Of a stretch of 64,000 bases of DNA, positions 38,986 to 52,882 are shown in pieces. Both the position numbers and the translations under genes were made by a program. The DNA comes from Octopus sinensis. Its lineage: Eukaryota. The stretch covers positions 68,758,001 through 68,822,000 of the forward strand of contig NC_042998.1 of the NCBI RefSeq assembly GCF_006345805.1, given 5' to 3'. Within the stretch, counting starts at the first letter, position 1. Every line of letters starts with the position of its first letter. The notes beneath the pieces are model-generated. The model was not told where the DNA came from. It searched no databases and worked only from the letters and a program-made list of their open reading frames with translations.

Positions 38986-39369
38986 ATCCCCCTATGCTCC
39001 ATGCAATTCTTAGAAGTTGTAATCTATTCTTAGCTACAATAGTGACAACGTGGAATTTCTTCCATCTTCTTACTCTGTTAAAATATTTTAGAAAAATTAA
39101 ATTAATGCTAAAATTGTTAAAAATCCATTTATTTATTTGTACAGCTGAAGATAGCACTGTATTTAAATTGATGTGATGACTGCATTGTTCAATTAGACGG
39201 AGCTGCTTGAAACGGTCGTACTGTATCACTATTGTTGCTTATTTTGATTTTATTCCCCTTACTTCAAGCTGTGCGGATAATACCGGACTGACTTGGTGCT
39301 TCAACTTAAGTACCTAATTCAACTGAATCTTAATTATATATATATATGTATGTGTGTGTGTGTGTGTGT

Positions 39370-39514
39370 GTGGTAAGTAGCTTGCTTACTAACCACATGG
39401 TTCCGGGTTCAGTCCCACTGCATGGTACCTTGTGCAAGTGTCTTCTACTATACCCTCGGGCCGACCAAAGCCTTGTGAGTGGATTTTGTAGGCGGAAACT
39501 GAAAGAAGCCCGTC

Positions 39515-39603
<89 letters not shown>

Positions 39604-39945
39604 TGTATGTATATGTTTGTGTGTCTGTGTTTGTCCCCCCAACATCGCTTGACAACCGATGCTGGTGTGTTTACGTCCCCGTCACTCAGCGGTTCGGCAA
39701 GAGAGACCGATAGAATAAGTACTAGGCTTACAAAGAATAAGTCCTGGGGTCGATTTGCTCGACTAAATGTTGTGCTCCAGCATGGCCGCAGTCAAATGAC
39801 TGGAAGAAGAAGAAGAAGAAGAAGAAGAAGAAGAAGAAGAAGAAGAAGAAGAAGAAAGTCCATAGAATAAGTACCAGATTCAAGGCAGTGCCCCAGCATG
39901 GTCGCAGTCTAAAGACTTAAACAAGTAAAAGATGAAAGATAAAGA
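39370..39945 (+). mobile_element. SINE family B with (GAA)n and a duplicated 3' end
   Basis: Family B consensus with the tail interrupted by (GAA)n, followed by a second tail. Confidence 0.8.
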
Positions 39946-40126
39946 TGGAAATTCTCCAAGAGAAAATCTCAAACTAAGCAAATTATTGCATTAATTCTCT
40001 ATTACCAAAGTACTCAAGGCAAACTGACAGACAGGGACAGACAGACGTGCAAACAGTCTGACAGACAGACAGGAAGGTAGATAAGTAGGTACATAGGGAG
40101 ACAGACAGACAGACAGACAATCAGAC

Positions 40127-40289
<163 letters not shown>

Positions 40290-40529
40290 AGGTGTAAGTT
40301 TATTGACTGCTATGAACATTCAAACTTACACCTGTTTTGAACATGTTCTTTTATCAAGATTGAAACATTTTAATTTGTCAACATTGAAACTTTTAAAGAT
40401 GTTTTTCTAACTTTAAACTTTTACCATTTATAAACAAAAATATTGTTGAAACTAGTTTGGTATATATGTAAATAAACGTATTTTAAACATTTACGAGTTT
40501 TTGAAATTTAGGTGTATTTTCAACATTTT

Positions 40530-40737
<208 letters not shown>

Positions 40738-40822
40738 TATATACATGCATACATACATACATACATGCATACATACATATACATACATACATATACATAC
40801 ACGTATACATACATATACATAC

Positions 40823-40914
<92 letters not shown>

Positions 40915-40917
<3 letters not shown>

Positions 40918-41121
40918 TAATCCAAACATGAAAATACAAAGAGAAAACACAACGCGAGGACGTGGAACAAGTATAGTGTTATTGGACGCTCAGGAAAGGA
41001 AAGAAAGAAGGAGGATTTAACGTTTCAAGCGGAGCTCTTCTTCAGAAATATAGGAATAGGAAAGATCCAAGGAAGGGAAAACGGAGGAAAAAAATCGCCA
41101 ACGATACACACGCGGTCACAT
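40915..41121 (-). mobile_element. Short Penelope-like (hammerhead-containing) repeat between (TA)n tracts
   Basis: Contains the hammerhead at 41015-41049. Its downstream segment (ttcctgagcgtcc...ttccacgtc) has diverged homologues at 31440-31520 and 16752-16890. Confidence 0.6.
41015..41049 (-). ncRNA. Minimal type I hammerhead ribozyme motif, sense to the gene (intron 1)
   Basis: AUUU-CUGAAGA-A-GAGC(UCC)GCUU-GAAAC-GUU-AAAU: intact core, 4-bp stem I, 4-bp stem II with one G-U, palindromic stem III. Confidence 0.65.
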
Positions 41122-41519
41122 TTATATATATATATATATATATATATATGCGTGTCTTTGTGTCTGTGTTTGTCCCCCTACCATCTCTTGGCAACCGACG
41201 TTGGCTTGTTTATGCCCCATGTAACCTTGTAGTTAGGTGGGGGTAAATAGGAATCGACGGGATAGAAAGGTAAAAAATAGTTGAAAGCCACAGCCTTAAA
41301 TGAACATATCAGTTACTTGCTTCAGTCACTGGACTGCGGCCCTGCTGGGGCACCACCTTGGAGGATTTAATCAAATGAATTGATTCCGGTACTTTTCGTG
41401 TAAGTCTTGTACTTATTCTATCGGTTTATTTTGCTGAACCGCTAAGTTCCGGGATTTTAAAGAAACCAGCACCGGCTGTCAAGCGATGAGGGAACAGACT
41501 TAAAGACGTATGTGTTTGT

Positions 41520-41591
<72 letters not shown>

Positions 41592-41845
41592 ATATGCGTG
41601 TGTGTGTGCATATGCGTGTGTGTGTGTGCATATGCGTGTGTGTGTGTATGTAAAGTCCTGGAGTGGCCTGAAAGGGATATGGTTCGGCTTCTGAGAGTAT
41701 GATTTCTTTGATAACTGAAGCTCTAGCAGGTCGGTCGAGAGCTCATTAGGCCGGTGTTAGTTTGTGAACAGGTAGATTGTTGGATGGATGGATGGATGGG
41801 TTTGTGTAAGCCGTATCAAAGAAAGGAAATGGACAGTTGTCTTAC

Positions 41846-41921
41846 CTTCGGCCTTAAACAGCTGTAAAGTGACCACGAATATCCAGAAGATCTCACGCAC
41901 AAACACTACCACGGCTGCCAT
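41846..41921 (-). CDS. Exon 1 (signal peptide) of a SUEL-lectin/CUB-like type I membrane protein gene
   Basis: Minus strand reads ATG GCA GCC ... GCC GAA G|GTAAGA = MAAVVVFVREIFWIFVVTLQLFKAE plus a phase-1 G. Strong Kozak context (GAAATGG), hydrophobic core. The phase matches the acceptor at 25902. Not in the ORF track. Confidence 0.8.
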
Positions 41922-42568
41922 TTCATAAACTAATGCTGTGGATTAGTTTCGTCTTCTCAGGTGTCTTTTCTAGGCAAATCTGTCTAATAAAACTGCAAGA
42001 CGACCAATTAGTAATTATGAATTAATCAGGGTGATGGCGGTGGTGATGATGATGGGGATCGCACTGGTGGTGGTAGTGGTGGCGGCGGCGGCGGCGGCGG
42101 ACTCGGTTGTGGTGCTGGTGATAGCAGCGGAGCTGATGGAGGTGGCGGAGGCATGGGAACATGGGGATATGGGAGCTAAGGAGGATTGATAGGGGGTAGG
42201 TATTTCCTCGAGCCACCACCACCCCTAATTTTCACCCGTCTATTGTCCCCGCTGTTATTGTTTGTGTTGCCTGTCGTTTAGTCGGTTAGGTTTTACCCCC
42301 GCCATCACCGCAAGTGACGAAATATGCCCCTAACCACACTAACCGTTTACCTTGCATACTTCACACATACGCGCGTGCATGCACGTATGTATGCATAGAT
42401 AAACAGGACAGACAGACAAGAAGATAGATAGATAGAAACACTAAGCCGCTTACAATGTTTCACCAAAAGGAGAACTTTGCCCAAAGTGTCACGCAGTGGG
42501 ACTGAGCCCAGCACCATGTGGTTGGGAAGCAAGCTTCTCACCGCACGGCCACTCCTGCACCTTTATAC

Positions 42569-42672
<104 letters not shown>

Positions 42673-42900
42673 AAGGTGCAGGAGTGTGTATGTGTATATA
42701 TATATATAAACACCTGTTTGTTGTTTACACACCTGTCGTCGTCTTTTGTTTTTTTGTTTTGAGTGCATGTATATGTATGTATATATATATATGTGTGTGT
42801 TTGTGTGTATGTATGTATATATATATATTTAATCACACACGTCACAGTGTGCTAATAATGTCCTCTGATTCAATACCTTTTAATCCTGTCTGATGCATAA

Positions 42901-42946
<46 letters not shown>

Positions 42947-44116
42947 CTTCCTTTCAGCCAAGGCTTTCCTCTCACGCTATTTACCAAATCTCCTCCCACA
43001 GACTCTAATTCCTTCAAACCCGTTCATTTACTTCTTTCCTTCCAACTTTCTTTTTTTTCTTTTCTATTGTTTCTTTGTGTTTTTTTTCTTCTTTGGGCGG
43101 TCGGGCGGTGGATATCTTTTGTTTCATTTTATTATCTATTATTATTATTAATACCATTGTCATCATCATCATCATCATCATCATCATCTTCAACAACAAC
43201 AGCCGTTGTAGTAGTACAGTTGTTATTAATATGCTCGTCATCATAGTTACTGTTGCTATCAACCTGTACTTGGTAATGAACCATAGTCTGTCTATCTATT
43301 ATTCTATCTATCTATCATCATGACTATCATTATCATCACCATCATTATTATTACTATGCGCAGTCATGCGATGAGTCTGCGTCATCTCCAGCGTTTTCTT
43401 AACGGTGCCATACAGTGGGACTGAACCCGGAACTATGTGGTTGGGAAACAAGCTTCTTACCACGCAACCACTACTGCGCCTATGTTATCTAAAAAAAAAA
43501 TTAGCGTTTAAGTAGAAGGTTAATAATTTGAAGAGGGAGAGTTAAGTCGATTAAATCAATTCCAGTGTCTGACTGGTAACTCTCTATTTCCTCAACCGCG
43601 AAAAGCAAAGTCAGCCTTTTATGAGTGTACTGGCCTGGCACTTTATTCTATAGATCGCGGAAGAAAGAAAAAAAAGTCAAAAACAAACCTGACATCGGAA
43701 GGATTTGAACTCACGATATAAAGAGTCAGAATAAATACCACTGATTGCTTTCACCTATGCTCTAACGACTATGCCAGTCCACCTCCATCGTTGTCGTCAT
43801 CCATTTTTTGCACAAATCATAAACCAGTTTTCCAGTTCAACGCGTGTTTTGCCTGTCTTCTGAACAGATACATATTGGCTCCATAAACTAAATAACTGTA
43901 TATAATCATTTATATTTCAGTTCCAAAAGTGACAATTATCTTCACTTCGAAGTAGTTTAATCCCAAACTTATGATCTCAACTTCTATATTTTCACCTTAG
44001 CAAACTCAAAAAACTATCTGCAGTGTAACTCTAAAGATAAACATTTCTAACTAATTCGTCTGAAACAATATTCTATAATTGCAGAAGAAACATGATTTTG
44101 CTTATACACGTTCATA

Positions 44117-45035
44117 GTTGGCAACTAAGTTCCCGCGATTTTTTTTTTGTTTGTTTGTTTTTAAATTTAAATTTTTTTAAGGTTTAATAAAAAAAATAAC
44201 AACTAATGAATCAATAATGTATTCACCCTTGTTGTTTACAACTTCTTCCCAACATTCAACAAGACTTTCAATACCTCGATGGTAGAAATCACCCGTTTTC
44301 GACTCGAAAAATTGATCCAACCAAGCTCTCAATTCTGCATCAGTATTGAACGAAACTCCGCGCATAGCATTTGAAAAAGATCGAAAGAGGTGGAAATCCG
44401 TTGGTTCCAAATCAGGAGAGTACGGCGGGTGTGGCAGCACTTTCCAGCCATGCGTTAGAGTGGCTGCTTTGGTCATATTTGCGATGTGAAGGCGGGCGTT
44501 GTCGTGCGGCAGAAGAACTCCATGCTGCCGATTAGGTCTTTTCTCTTGAATAGCCGTGTTGAGTAGCTCCATCTGCTCCGCGTTGACCGTTTGGTTCCGT
44601 TCAAGCAATTCGTAATGGTTAATCCCTTCCCAGTCCCACTATACGTACAACATCGTTTTACGCGGATGATGGTCTTGTTTTACGTGCGGTGTCGCTTGTT
44701 TACCGGGGCAAAGCCATTCCTTACGCTGCTTCATATTGATGTACAGGCACCATTTTTCGTCGCCAGTAACGATTCGGTAAAGAAATCGTTGCTTGTGTCC
44801 GTGAGTTGAGCGGTGACGAGCAAGAAAACCAGCGGAGATTGTAGCTCGTTGATTTTTGTTGTTGTCACTTAAAGCATGCGGAACTCATGCTCCATACTTC
44901 TGAACCTTTCCCATCGAGTGGAGATGCTTCTTTATAGCAGTGTGGGAGCATTCCATTTTCTCTGCTGGTTCCCTTGTCGTTTGACGCAGTTTATTGTTTA
45001 AGCTTACGTCGATTCCTCCGTGGTGTTCTTTTGAA
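44117..45035 (-). mobile_element. 5'-truncated mariner (D,D34D) transposase pseudogene with 3' TIR
   Basis: RQTTRE...GA*VPHAL...IVTGDEKW...HDNARLH...HPPYSPDLEPTDFHLFRS...WEEVVNNKGEYIID; TIR-like gttggcaactaagttccc near 44118. Confidence 0.9.
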
Positions 45036-45200
45036 TTTATGATAAAATAAATATATACAAATTACCAAAAATAATTTTAAAATACATACAGTACAGTACT
45101 GTTTCTACTTCGCGAATTTTCGCCTGTCGCGGCGGGGTTTGGGAACGTAATACCCGCGATAGTCGAGGGATTAATGTATGTATGTATGTATGTATGTATG

Positions 45201-45234
<34 letters not shown>

Positions 45235-48220
45235 TGTATGTATGTATGTATGTATGTATGTATGTATGTATAAGTATGTACATTGATACGGCCACTCTTT
45301 TTGGAGGTGGAGTTTTTCAAGCATAATCTTGGATATAGGATCGTTTCGAACATCAACCAATCCTTGAAGACATACTTGACTAACGTTTCCTCATTTAACT
45401 TATGCTTTCATTACAAAATATATTCACTTCCGCCTAACGCTGTTTAATGGCCTTTTTGAAACCCCATCTGGTGACTTCATCAAACTTAGATTTCGTTGTT
45501 CTGTTAGATGTTGCATTTACTGTGCCATGACAAATATAAGAAAAATAGATACTTGAGCAAAAAAAATTGAATGATGAGCATAAAGCGAATAAAACGTCTT
45601 AGGGTTTTGCCATAACGGATCTAAAGATGTGATATAGAACCAGGCAGCTAACGGTTCCGACGAATTATCAGATAACTCATTCCTTAATTAATTATTTGGT
45701 TAATGATACTTAAAATGTCCCATAAAAGGCCTGACATTTTACATATAACGCAAATGTATTTTCACTATTCATCTACTTTAAAAAAAAAAACTATTAAAGT
45801 GTATGAAACTGTATTCAACTTCTGTTAAAACTAAACTGAAGAGACATAGACAGCTTGAAATATCGCGGTAACTCAAAGTCCCATTACGTCAGTGAAGTGA
45901 GTGTGCTGTAAGATGAGACACATCGTCTGCAAGAAGTTATTCTCCAGAGTCGAAATACACCAGCGATTAGCATATTCAAGTCCGAATCTGCCAGAACATA
46001 TTAAGAATAAATATATATCTCACTGCTTTGATTTTCGCTGTTCTCCTTGCGATTAACAATTTAATATTGATTTAGCAGACATCAGCATGCACCACCAAAT
46101 AATTAGTTTCCTGATTTCTATAAAGAAAACTCAAAATTATTCATATATAGTTTCATTGATCGAGAGTAGTTTTTACTGAAGAGATACAACCAGGTTGAAA
46201 CACCTCGGCATCTCAAAATCCTCATACCACAACGAATGCAGAGTCTTGTGAACACAGATTTTCGGAAAAGAGTTGTTCTCCGGAGACAAAATATACCAGC
46301 GATGAACATACGCGTTCTACTCAAAAAGTATCGGAACTGGTGCTATAAAAAGAAAGCTGCCACGCATATCAATTCGGTGTTTAATCACCTTCAAAGTGGT
46401 TCCTTTCTCAAGCCACACACTTTATCCAGTATCGTTTCCATTGACGGAAGCATTCCTGAAACTCCTTTCTTGGAGGATGGTAAACAGCTGCTTATTTGAA
46501 TTCTCTTGGATTTTCTCGACGTCTTGAAATCTTGTTCCTTTCAAGTGAGATTCATTTCAAGCCTTTGTTTCGGGGTCATAGCCATAGACCCACCATTTTC
46601 CAACTGTTATGACCGTTTTCAATAAGTTTTCGTCTTTCTCGACACACTCAAAGACATCCGACACAACTGAGACCCGATCTTCTTTTTGTTTGCTTGCTTG
46701 CTTGCAGTGTTACCAAGCCAAACTGGCGCATAATGGAAAAATACTATGAATTAAGTTTACCCTGAAATGTTAATACGAACGAAATAAAACAAGTTTCGCG
46801 TAAGTCGGATAAGTAGTTATAAAGATATTAGAGGTTTTCGGGTACAAATGCCCAAAACGGTGCGTAATGGGAAAATATTCAGAAAATAATCTTCATCATT
46901 AGACACAGTGACTTGACAACGAAAACACGAGTTTTTTTACAGTAAATGTTTCTATTTTCGCTTTTGTTAAACACAATATTTTAATCATTTAGAAATATTT
47001 TTAAGTGAATGCGATTTCAAAAACGTAAGCTATTTGTACAGTAAGTATTTATATTTTAGCTGTCTTTAAACAAACAATATTTTAATATTTTTTAATTTCT
47101 TTTCAAGTGAATACCATTACAAAGATTCTTTTTTGACATATTTAAGAAAATATTTTAAAGTGAAAATGATTTTAAAATACAGTAAATATTTCGTAAAAAC
47201 CCGTTCGTAACCTCGGTGTGATTTAGTTTTCTTTTCCATAGGATTTTTTCGACTGTGTTCAACGTATCTCACCTCCAAAGATTTGGCTATTTCTAGCACG
47301 CTCTACTACCACGTAACTGCTATTTGCAATAAAGAACTTGAAACACCTGTTACGTGGTAGCAGGGCGTGCAAGAAATAGCAGCCAAATCTCTCCTTTTCT
47401 GGGGAAAAGAGCCGTTTACGCGTGATTTCGATGTCACATTCGTTGAAAGCATGCGAAATAACCTGGGAAAGAAAAGAACCCACGAAACAAAACTCCGCTG
47501 CTTGGAAACTCAGATTTTCTCGGTGACCCAACGAGCGGGCTGTTTAGATGATCGAATTAACTGGAACACTCGTCGTCGAAACCGACGAAATACCAGTTTT
47601 AGTTTATATATATATAGGCCTGATCGGCCAGCCAGCGGGGTGGCATCATTCAAAGGCTAAAACGATGTAAAGCGAATTGTGGTCAGCGATGTATAACAAC
47701 ATCTGATAGTCTGGTCGACATGTATATGTGTGTGTGTATTTATATATGTGTGTGTGTATGTGTGTGTATGCATGTATGTATGTATGTATGTATGTATGTA
47801 TGTATGTATGTATGTATGTATGTGTGTGTGTATGTATGTATGTATGTATGTGCATATGTATATATATATATCATGCATTCAGTAATTCATACTTAGACAC
47901 ATGCGCAAAAGTGTAGTTGTTTGTATGTTTTTGTGTGTGTGTATGTGTGCATATGTAAACATCGGCGAGAAAACCCAATAAAGGGGTGCCTACAAACAAA
48001 AATACCTTATGTTGTATCCGTTCTCCTTGAGTTGACTAGACACGCTCTCTTCATTATCGCCATCATTATTGCAGTGAACCAATGATAGGTCCGTCATTCG
48101 AAACCTTTAACCAGCAAGCCGATCCTTTTTACAAAATGTGATCATATAAGATAAATAAATAAATAAACTATAAATACAAGGATAATGTTTTAAAAAGAAG
48201 ACGTCATCATTAATCACCAT

Positions 48221-48271
48221 CTTGGTTGTATCGTCTGCTTGGTTGTATCGCCTGCTTGGTTGTATCATCTG
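48221..48271 (+). repeat. 3 x 17-bp tandem repeat CTTGGTTGTATC(G/A)(T/C)CTG
   Basis: Directly visible. Confidence 0.9.
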
Positions 48272-49005
48272 CTTTAGAAAAAACATTAGTTCAGTTTTAA
48301 TGGGGTGGTTGAGATAGAAATATGTTAATGATATTTGTCTGATGACGTTAGCTTTTTTAATGGTGTTCAGTGATGTTTTTTAGAAATTTTTTACTACTCT
48401 TGTCAAAGTTATTTCGTCAGCTCCTTATTTTGAGATTAAAGAATGATAAAAAAAAAAGTAACCAAGAGGTTCGTGCTCAAGAATATAATTTTACTCAAGC
48501 TAATCATCATAGTGAAGTATGTATATTATTTTCTTTTCTTGAAGCATCTACGTATTTAATAATAGAACATTTCGACTACAAGGCTATGCACACACGTCCA
48601 TACACGTACACAGAAACACGCACACATCACACACGCACGCACACATACATGCACACACACACACACATACATACATACATACATACATACATACATACAT
48701 ACATACATACATACATACATACATACATACATACAAAGTACAGATACCGACAACTCCAAAGAAGTGCAAGCATCGTTTTGTGGCTAAGAAGTTAGCTTCA
48801 CGGCTACGTGGCTTTCAGCTCAGTCCCAAGGTAACTTAGGTGTTTTCTTCACCAAGAGGTCGAAACCGTACGGTCTGGTGGACTCGTGGCCAGAATATTG
48901 TTGGGGTTCTCTCCCTGTTTGCAATATATATCAGGTACTGATTGCATCGAATAACTAGCTGGTAGTAACGTCGGTTCCTATGGAACAGCCATATGGCTCT
49001 GTGTA

Positions 49006-49072
<67 letters not shown>

Positions 49073-49406
49073 GTGCGTGTGCGTGTGTGTGTGTGTGTAC
49101 TATATATATATATATATAGTACTAGGCTTACAAAAGAATAAGTACTCGGGTCAATTTGCTCGACTAAAGGCGGTGTTCCAGCGTGACCAAAGTCAAATGA
49201 GAGAATAAAAGAACATGGAAATTTCCTACTACACACACACCATCACGCGACAAGAAACCCGGAGTCAAGTATCGCAGATCGCGGAACTACAGCGAGTAAT
49301 TCCAGTGGACTTTCAAACTGAACCAAGACCTACACCAATTCTGTAGAAAGGCCAGGGAAGACATCCATATGTTTCATGAAGGGATTAAAAGATTATTGAA
49401 ATATTC

Positions 49407-51203
49407 TTTTCTACTCTAGGCACAAGGCCCGAAATTTCTGGGGAGGGGACCAGTCGATTAGATCGACTTCAGTACGCAACTGGTACTTAATTTATCAACC
49501 TGGAAAGGATGAAAAGCAAAGTCGACCTCGGCGGAATTTGAACTCAGAACAAAGAATATTAAGATATTGATATGAAGAAGTACCTAACATTCTCAGACCT
49601 TATACAGAAACAATGTGTACATATTTTGTCTTTGTATTTGTTTGCAAAATTCTTGATGTGAATTTGTGTGTTGAAACAAATCTTGTGTCATGGGAGAGTC
49701 TAATAACAGACTCAAGTCAGACCTTAAAGAGAGGAGGCATGTTATTGATGAGGTCACGAATAGCGACGAAAGGACTTTGACAAACAACTGATGTGTGTGT
49801 GCGCGCGCGAGAGCTTGTGTGTGTGTGTGTGTGTGTGTGTCTTCTATTTTTAATTATTATAAATCTTCCACTGAGGAGGGAGCCGGTTTCCAACAAAGAT
49901 ACAAGGTTCCATCTTTGGGATGTAGTTAACACAAAGAAATTCTCAATTGGAACCTGAGAAAAGTTTTGCATATTTTTACTGTTCCACTCACACATTGCAC
50001 TTGTAATGTACAAATTAGCCGGTCAATTTCTCTTTCTGAAAATCCCAGTCTATCCAGATTCTCCTTTAAGTATTTACTAACAAACCTAGTCCTCCAATTA
50101 TTATTATTAGTATGAATATGAATTCATAGTCCGCATATAGAAGCTAGCGATTCCAAAGCAGTTGTCCATAGATATCCTCTTTTTCTTTTATTTTCAAAGA
50201 GATATTTATATTTTCAGGGCAGCTGACCTCTATGATGGTACATACTTTTGCCCCTCTGTCCCAAACAACAATATCCGGCCTGTTATGTTTACGTTTGACA
50301 GAAGTTTTGATGGGAATATTCCACCAGTATTCTTTGAGTTGGTGTTTATGAATGTATTCCATAACAGGGATTTTCGTATGTATGTATGTATGTATGTATG
50401 TATGTATGTATGTATGTATGTATGTATGTATGTATGTATGTATTATGTAGGTAGGTAGGTAGGTAAGGTTTAGCAGTATCGAGGCTGAGCAGCGATTGGG
50501 AATAAACGAACTTTAGGTTAGTTTGTGATATATTTTAACTTCTAAAGACAAATTCACTGCAATTAATGTGGAGAAGATTTTTTCACTTATAGTAAAAGGT
50601 GTAAAAAAAACCGACATCTGGTCAGTGGTTCCCTAACCACAGCTTGGCATTGATGCTCCTATTTTTATTCCGACCTGGCGAATCGTTAGTACGCCGAACA
50701 AAATGCTTAGCGGTATTTTGTCTGCCGCTACGTTCTGAGTCCAAATTCCGCCGAGGTATACTTTGCCTTTCATCCTTTTGGGGTCGATTAAATAAGTACC
50801 AGTTACGCACTGGGGTCGATATAATCGACTTAATCCGTTTGTCTGTCCTTGTTTGTCCCTTCTGTGTTTAGCCCCTTGTGGATAGTAAAGAAATAGGTAT
50901 TATTAGACCCTCCCAAGACACAAGATTTGTTTCAACACATAAATTCACATCAAGAATTTTGCAAACCAAATACACAAAAGAAATATGTACACATTGTTTC
51001 TGTGTAAGGTCTGAGAATGTTGGGTACTTTTTCATATCAATATTTCAGTATTCTTTGTTCTGAGTTCAAGTTCCGCCGAGGTCGGCTTTGCCTTTCATCT
51101 TTTCGGGATCGATAAATTAAGTACCAGGTGTGCACTGGGGTCGATTTAATCGACTGCCTCCCTCACTCCCCAAATATTTCGGGCCTTGTGCCTAGAGTAG
51201 AAA
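49407..51203. repeat. ~300-bp inverted duplication (49407-49706 / 50900-51203)
   Basis: Both arms carry the same junction between a SINE A fragment and ~150 bp of otherwise unique sequence. Confidence 0.85.
49841..50376 (-). mobile_element. 3' fragment of REL retrotransposon family 4 between (CATA)n and (CA)n
   Basis: YWWNIPIKT...HNRPDIVVWD...IIEVSCP...EKEDIYGQL, then IIIGGLG, YLKENLDRLGFS, SGTVKICKTFLRF and a 3' UTR. Confidence 0.8.
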
Positions 51204-51518
51204 GGATTTTTATTCCGACCAGGCGGTCCACTAGTGCAACTTAGTCACTGATGTTGACAGCTTTTTACTTAAAACTGCGGCTTTGAATCTGCCCGCGTTT
51301 ATTTCTCTTCAGTATTTCCCGTTGAGGAAGGATAAAGAGCAAGAAACGTGTGTCTGGGAATCCGCAAGAGGGAAGCACTGGGCAGATATTGTATTTTCGC
51401 ATCTTTTACCAAAAGAGAGGATATTTTTACTTCACAGTAACTACAGTGAGTTTGCCTTTAGAAGTTAAAATAAGTCACAAACATATTTTAACTAACTTAA
51501 AAGTTCACATATGTATTA

Positions 51519-51554
<36 letters not shown>

Positions 51555-52334
51555 ATATACACACGCACACATATATATATACATATATATATACAAACAC
51601 AGTTACTTGTGAACTCACGAGGGAACACATGCAGCGATTCCTGTCGTGTCACAGACGGTAAATGGATTTTGCATATTAATCTTTGCTGTAAAGTACACCC
51701 GAATACACACGCGCATACACACACACACACACATATACATACACATGCATACATACATACAAACATACGGATAAGTACACGTACACCATCAAACACACAC
51801 TGACGATCACACATACTTACACCTATGCATACACACCGCACAATGCAAACTTATACAAACAACATATTATACATACTTCTATGCACACACTACACATACC
51901 AGCCTTCCATTCATATTTATATATGTACATACACATACATACCTTATATATATATATACATATTTATATATATGCATGCACACACATACATACATAACAC
52001 ATACTAACCATTCATTCATATTTACATGCATACACATAATACACATACATACATACATACATACATACATACATACATACATACATGCATGCATACATAC
52101 ATACATACATACATACATACATACATACATACATACATACATACTATATCATACATATATTTATACAGGCAGAAACATGCAAGCCTTCCATTCATCCATC
52201 CGTACTCTGAATGTGCAGCTGTTCCTTGTGAACCAAGGGTGACTGAACTGACCTACTTAAACAGAGATTTAGAGGAGAAATAGTAATTCTGGCAGCAGAA
52301 AGTTTTGCGTGGATGCATATCCACAACACAGTAA

Positions 52335-52882
52335 ATGCCAACAACATTAACAGTTTCTTTTCTACTCAAGGCACAAGGCCCGAAATTTTGGGGGAGGGGG
52401 AGCCAGTCGATTAGATCGACACCATATACGCAACTGGTGATCGACCCCGAAAGGATGAAAGGCAAAGTCAAAGTTTGACAGACGAAATACCTATTTCTTT
52501 ACTACCCACAAGGGGCTATACGCAGAGAGGACAAAGAAGGACAGACAAACGGATTAAGTCGATTATATCGACTCTGAAAGGATGAAAGGCAAAGTCGACC
52601 TCGGCGGAATTTGAACTCAGAACGTAACGGCAGACGAAATACGGCTACGCATTTCGCCCGGCGTGCTAACGTTTCTTATTTCCCCACAAGGGGCTAAACA
52701 TAGAGGGGACAAACAAGGACAGACAAAGGGATTAAGTTGACTACATCGACCCTAGTGCGTAACTGGTACTTAATTTATCGACCCCAAAAGGATGAAAGGC
52801 AAAGTCGACATCGGCGGAATTTGAACTCAGAACGTAACGGCAGACGAAATACTGCTAAGCATTTCACCCGGCGTGCTAACGT
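52335..52882 (-). mobile_element. SINE family A (trimeric head-to-tail array)
   Basis: Three successive copies of the GTCGACTTTGCCTTTCATCCTTT module on the minus strand. Confidence 0.85.

Noticed and set aside
52335-52882. Regularly recurring palindromic modules suggestive of a CRISPR array
   Set aside because: The units are ~150-bp SINE modules without unique spacers, the context is eukaryotic, and there are no cas genes.
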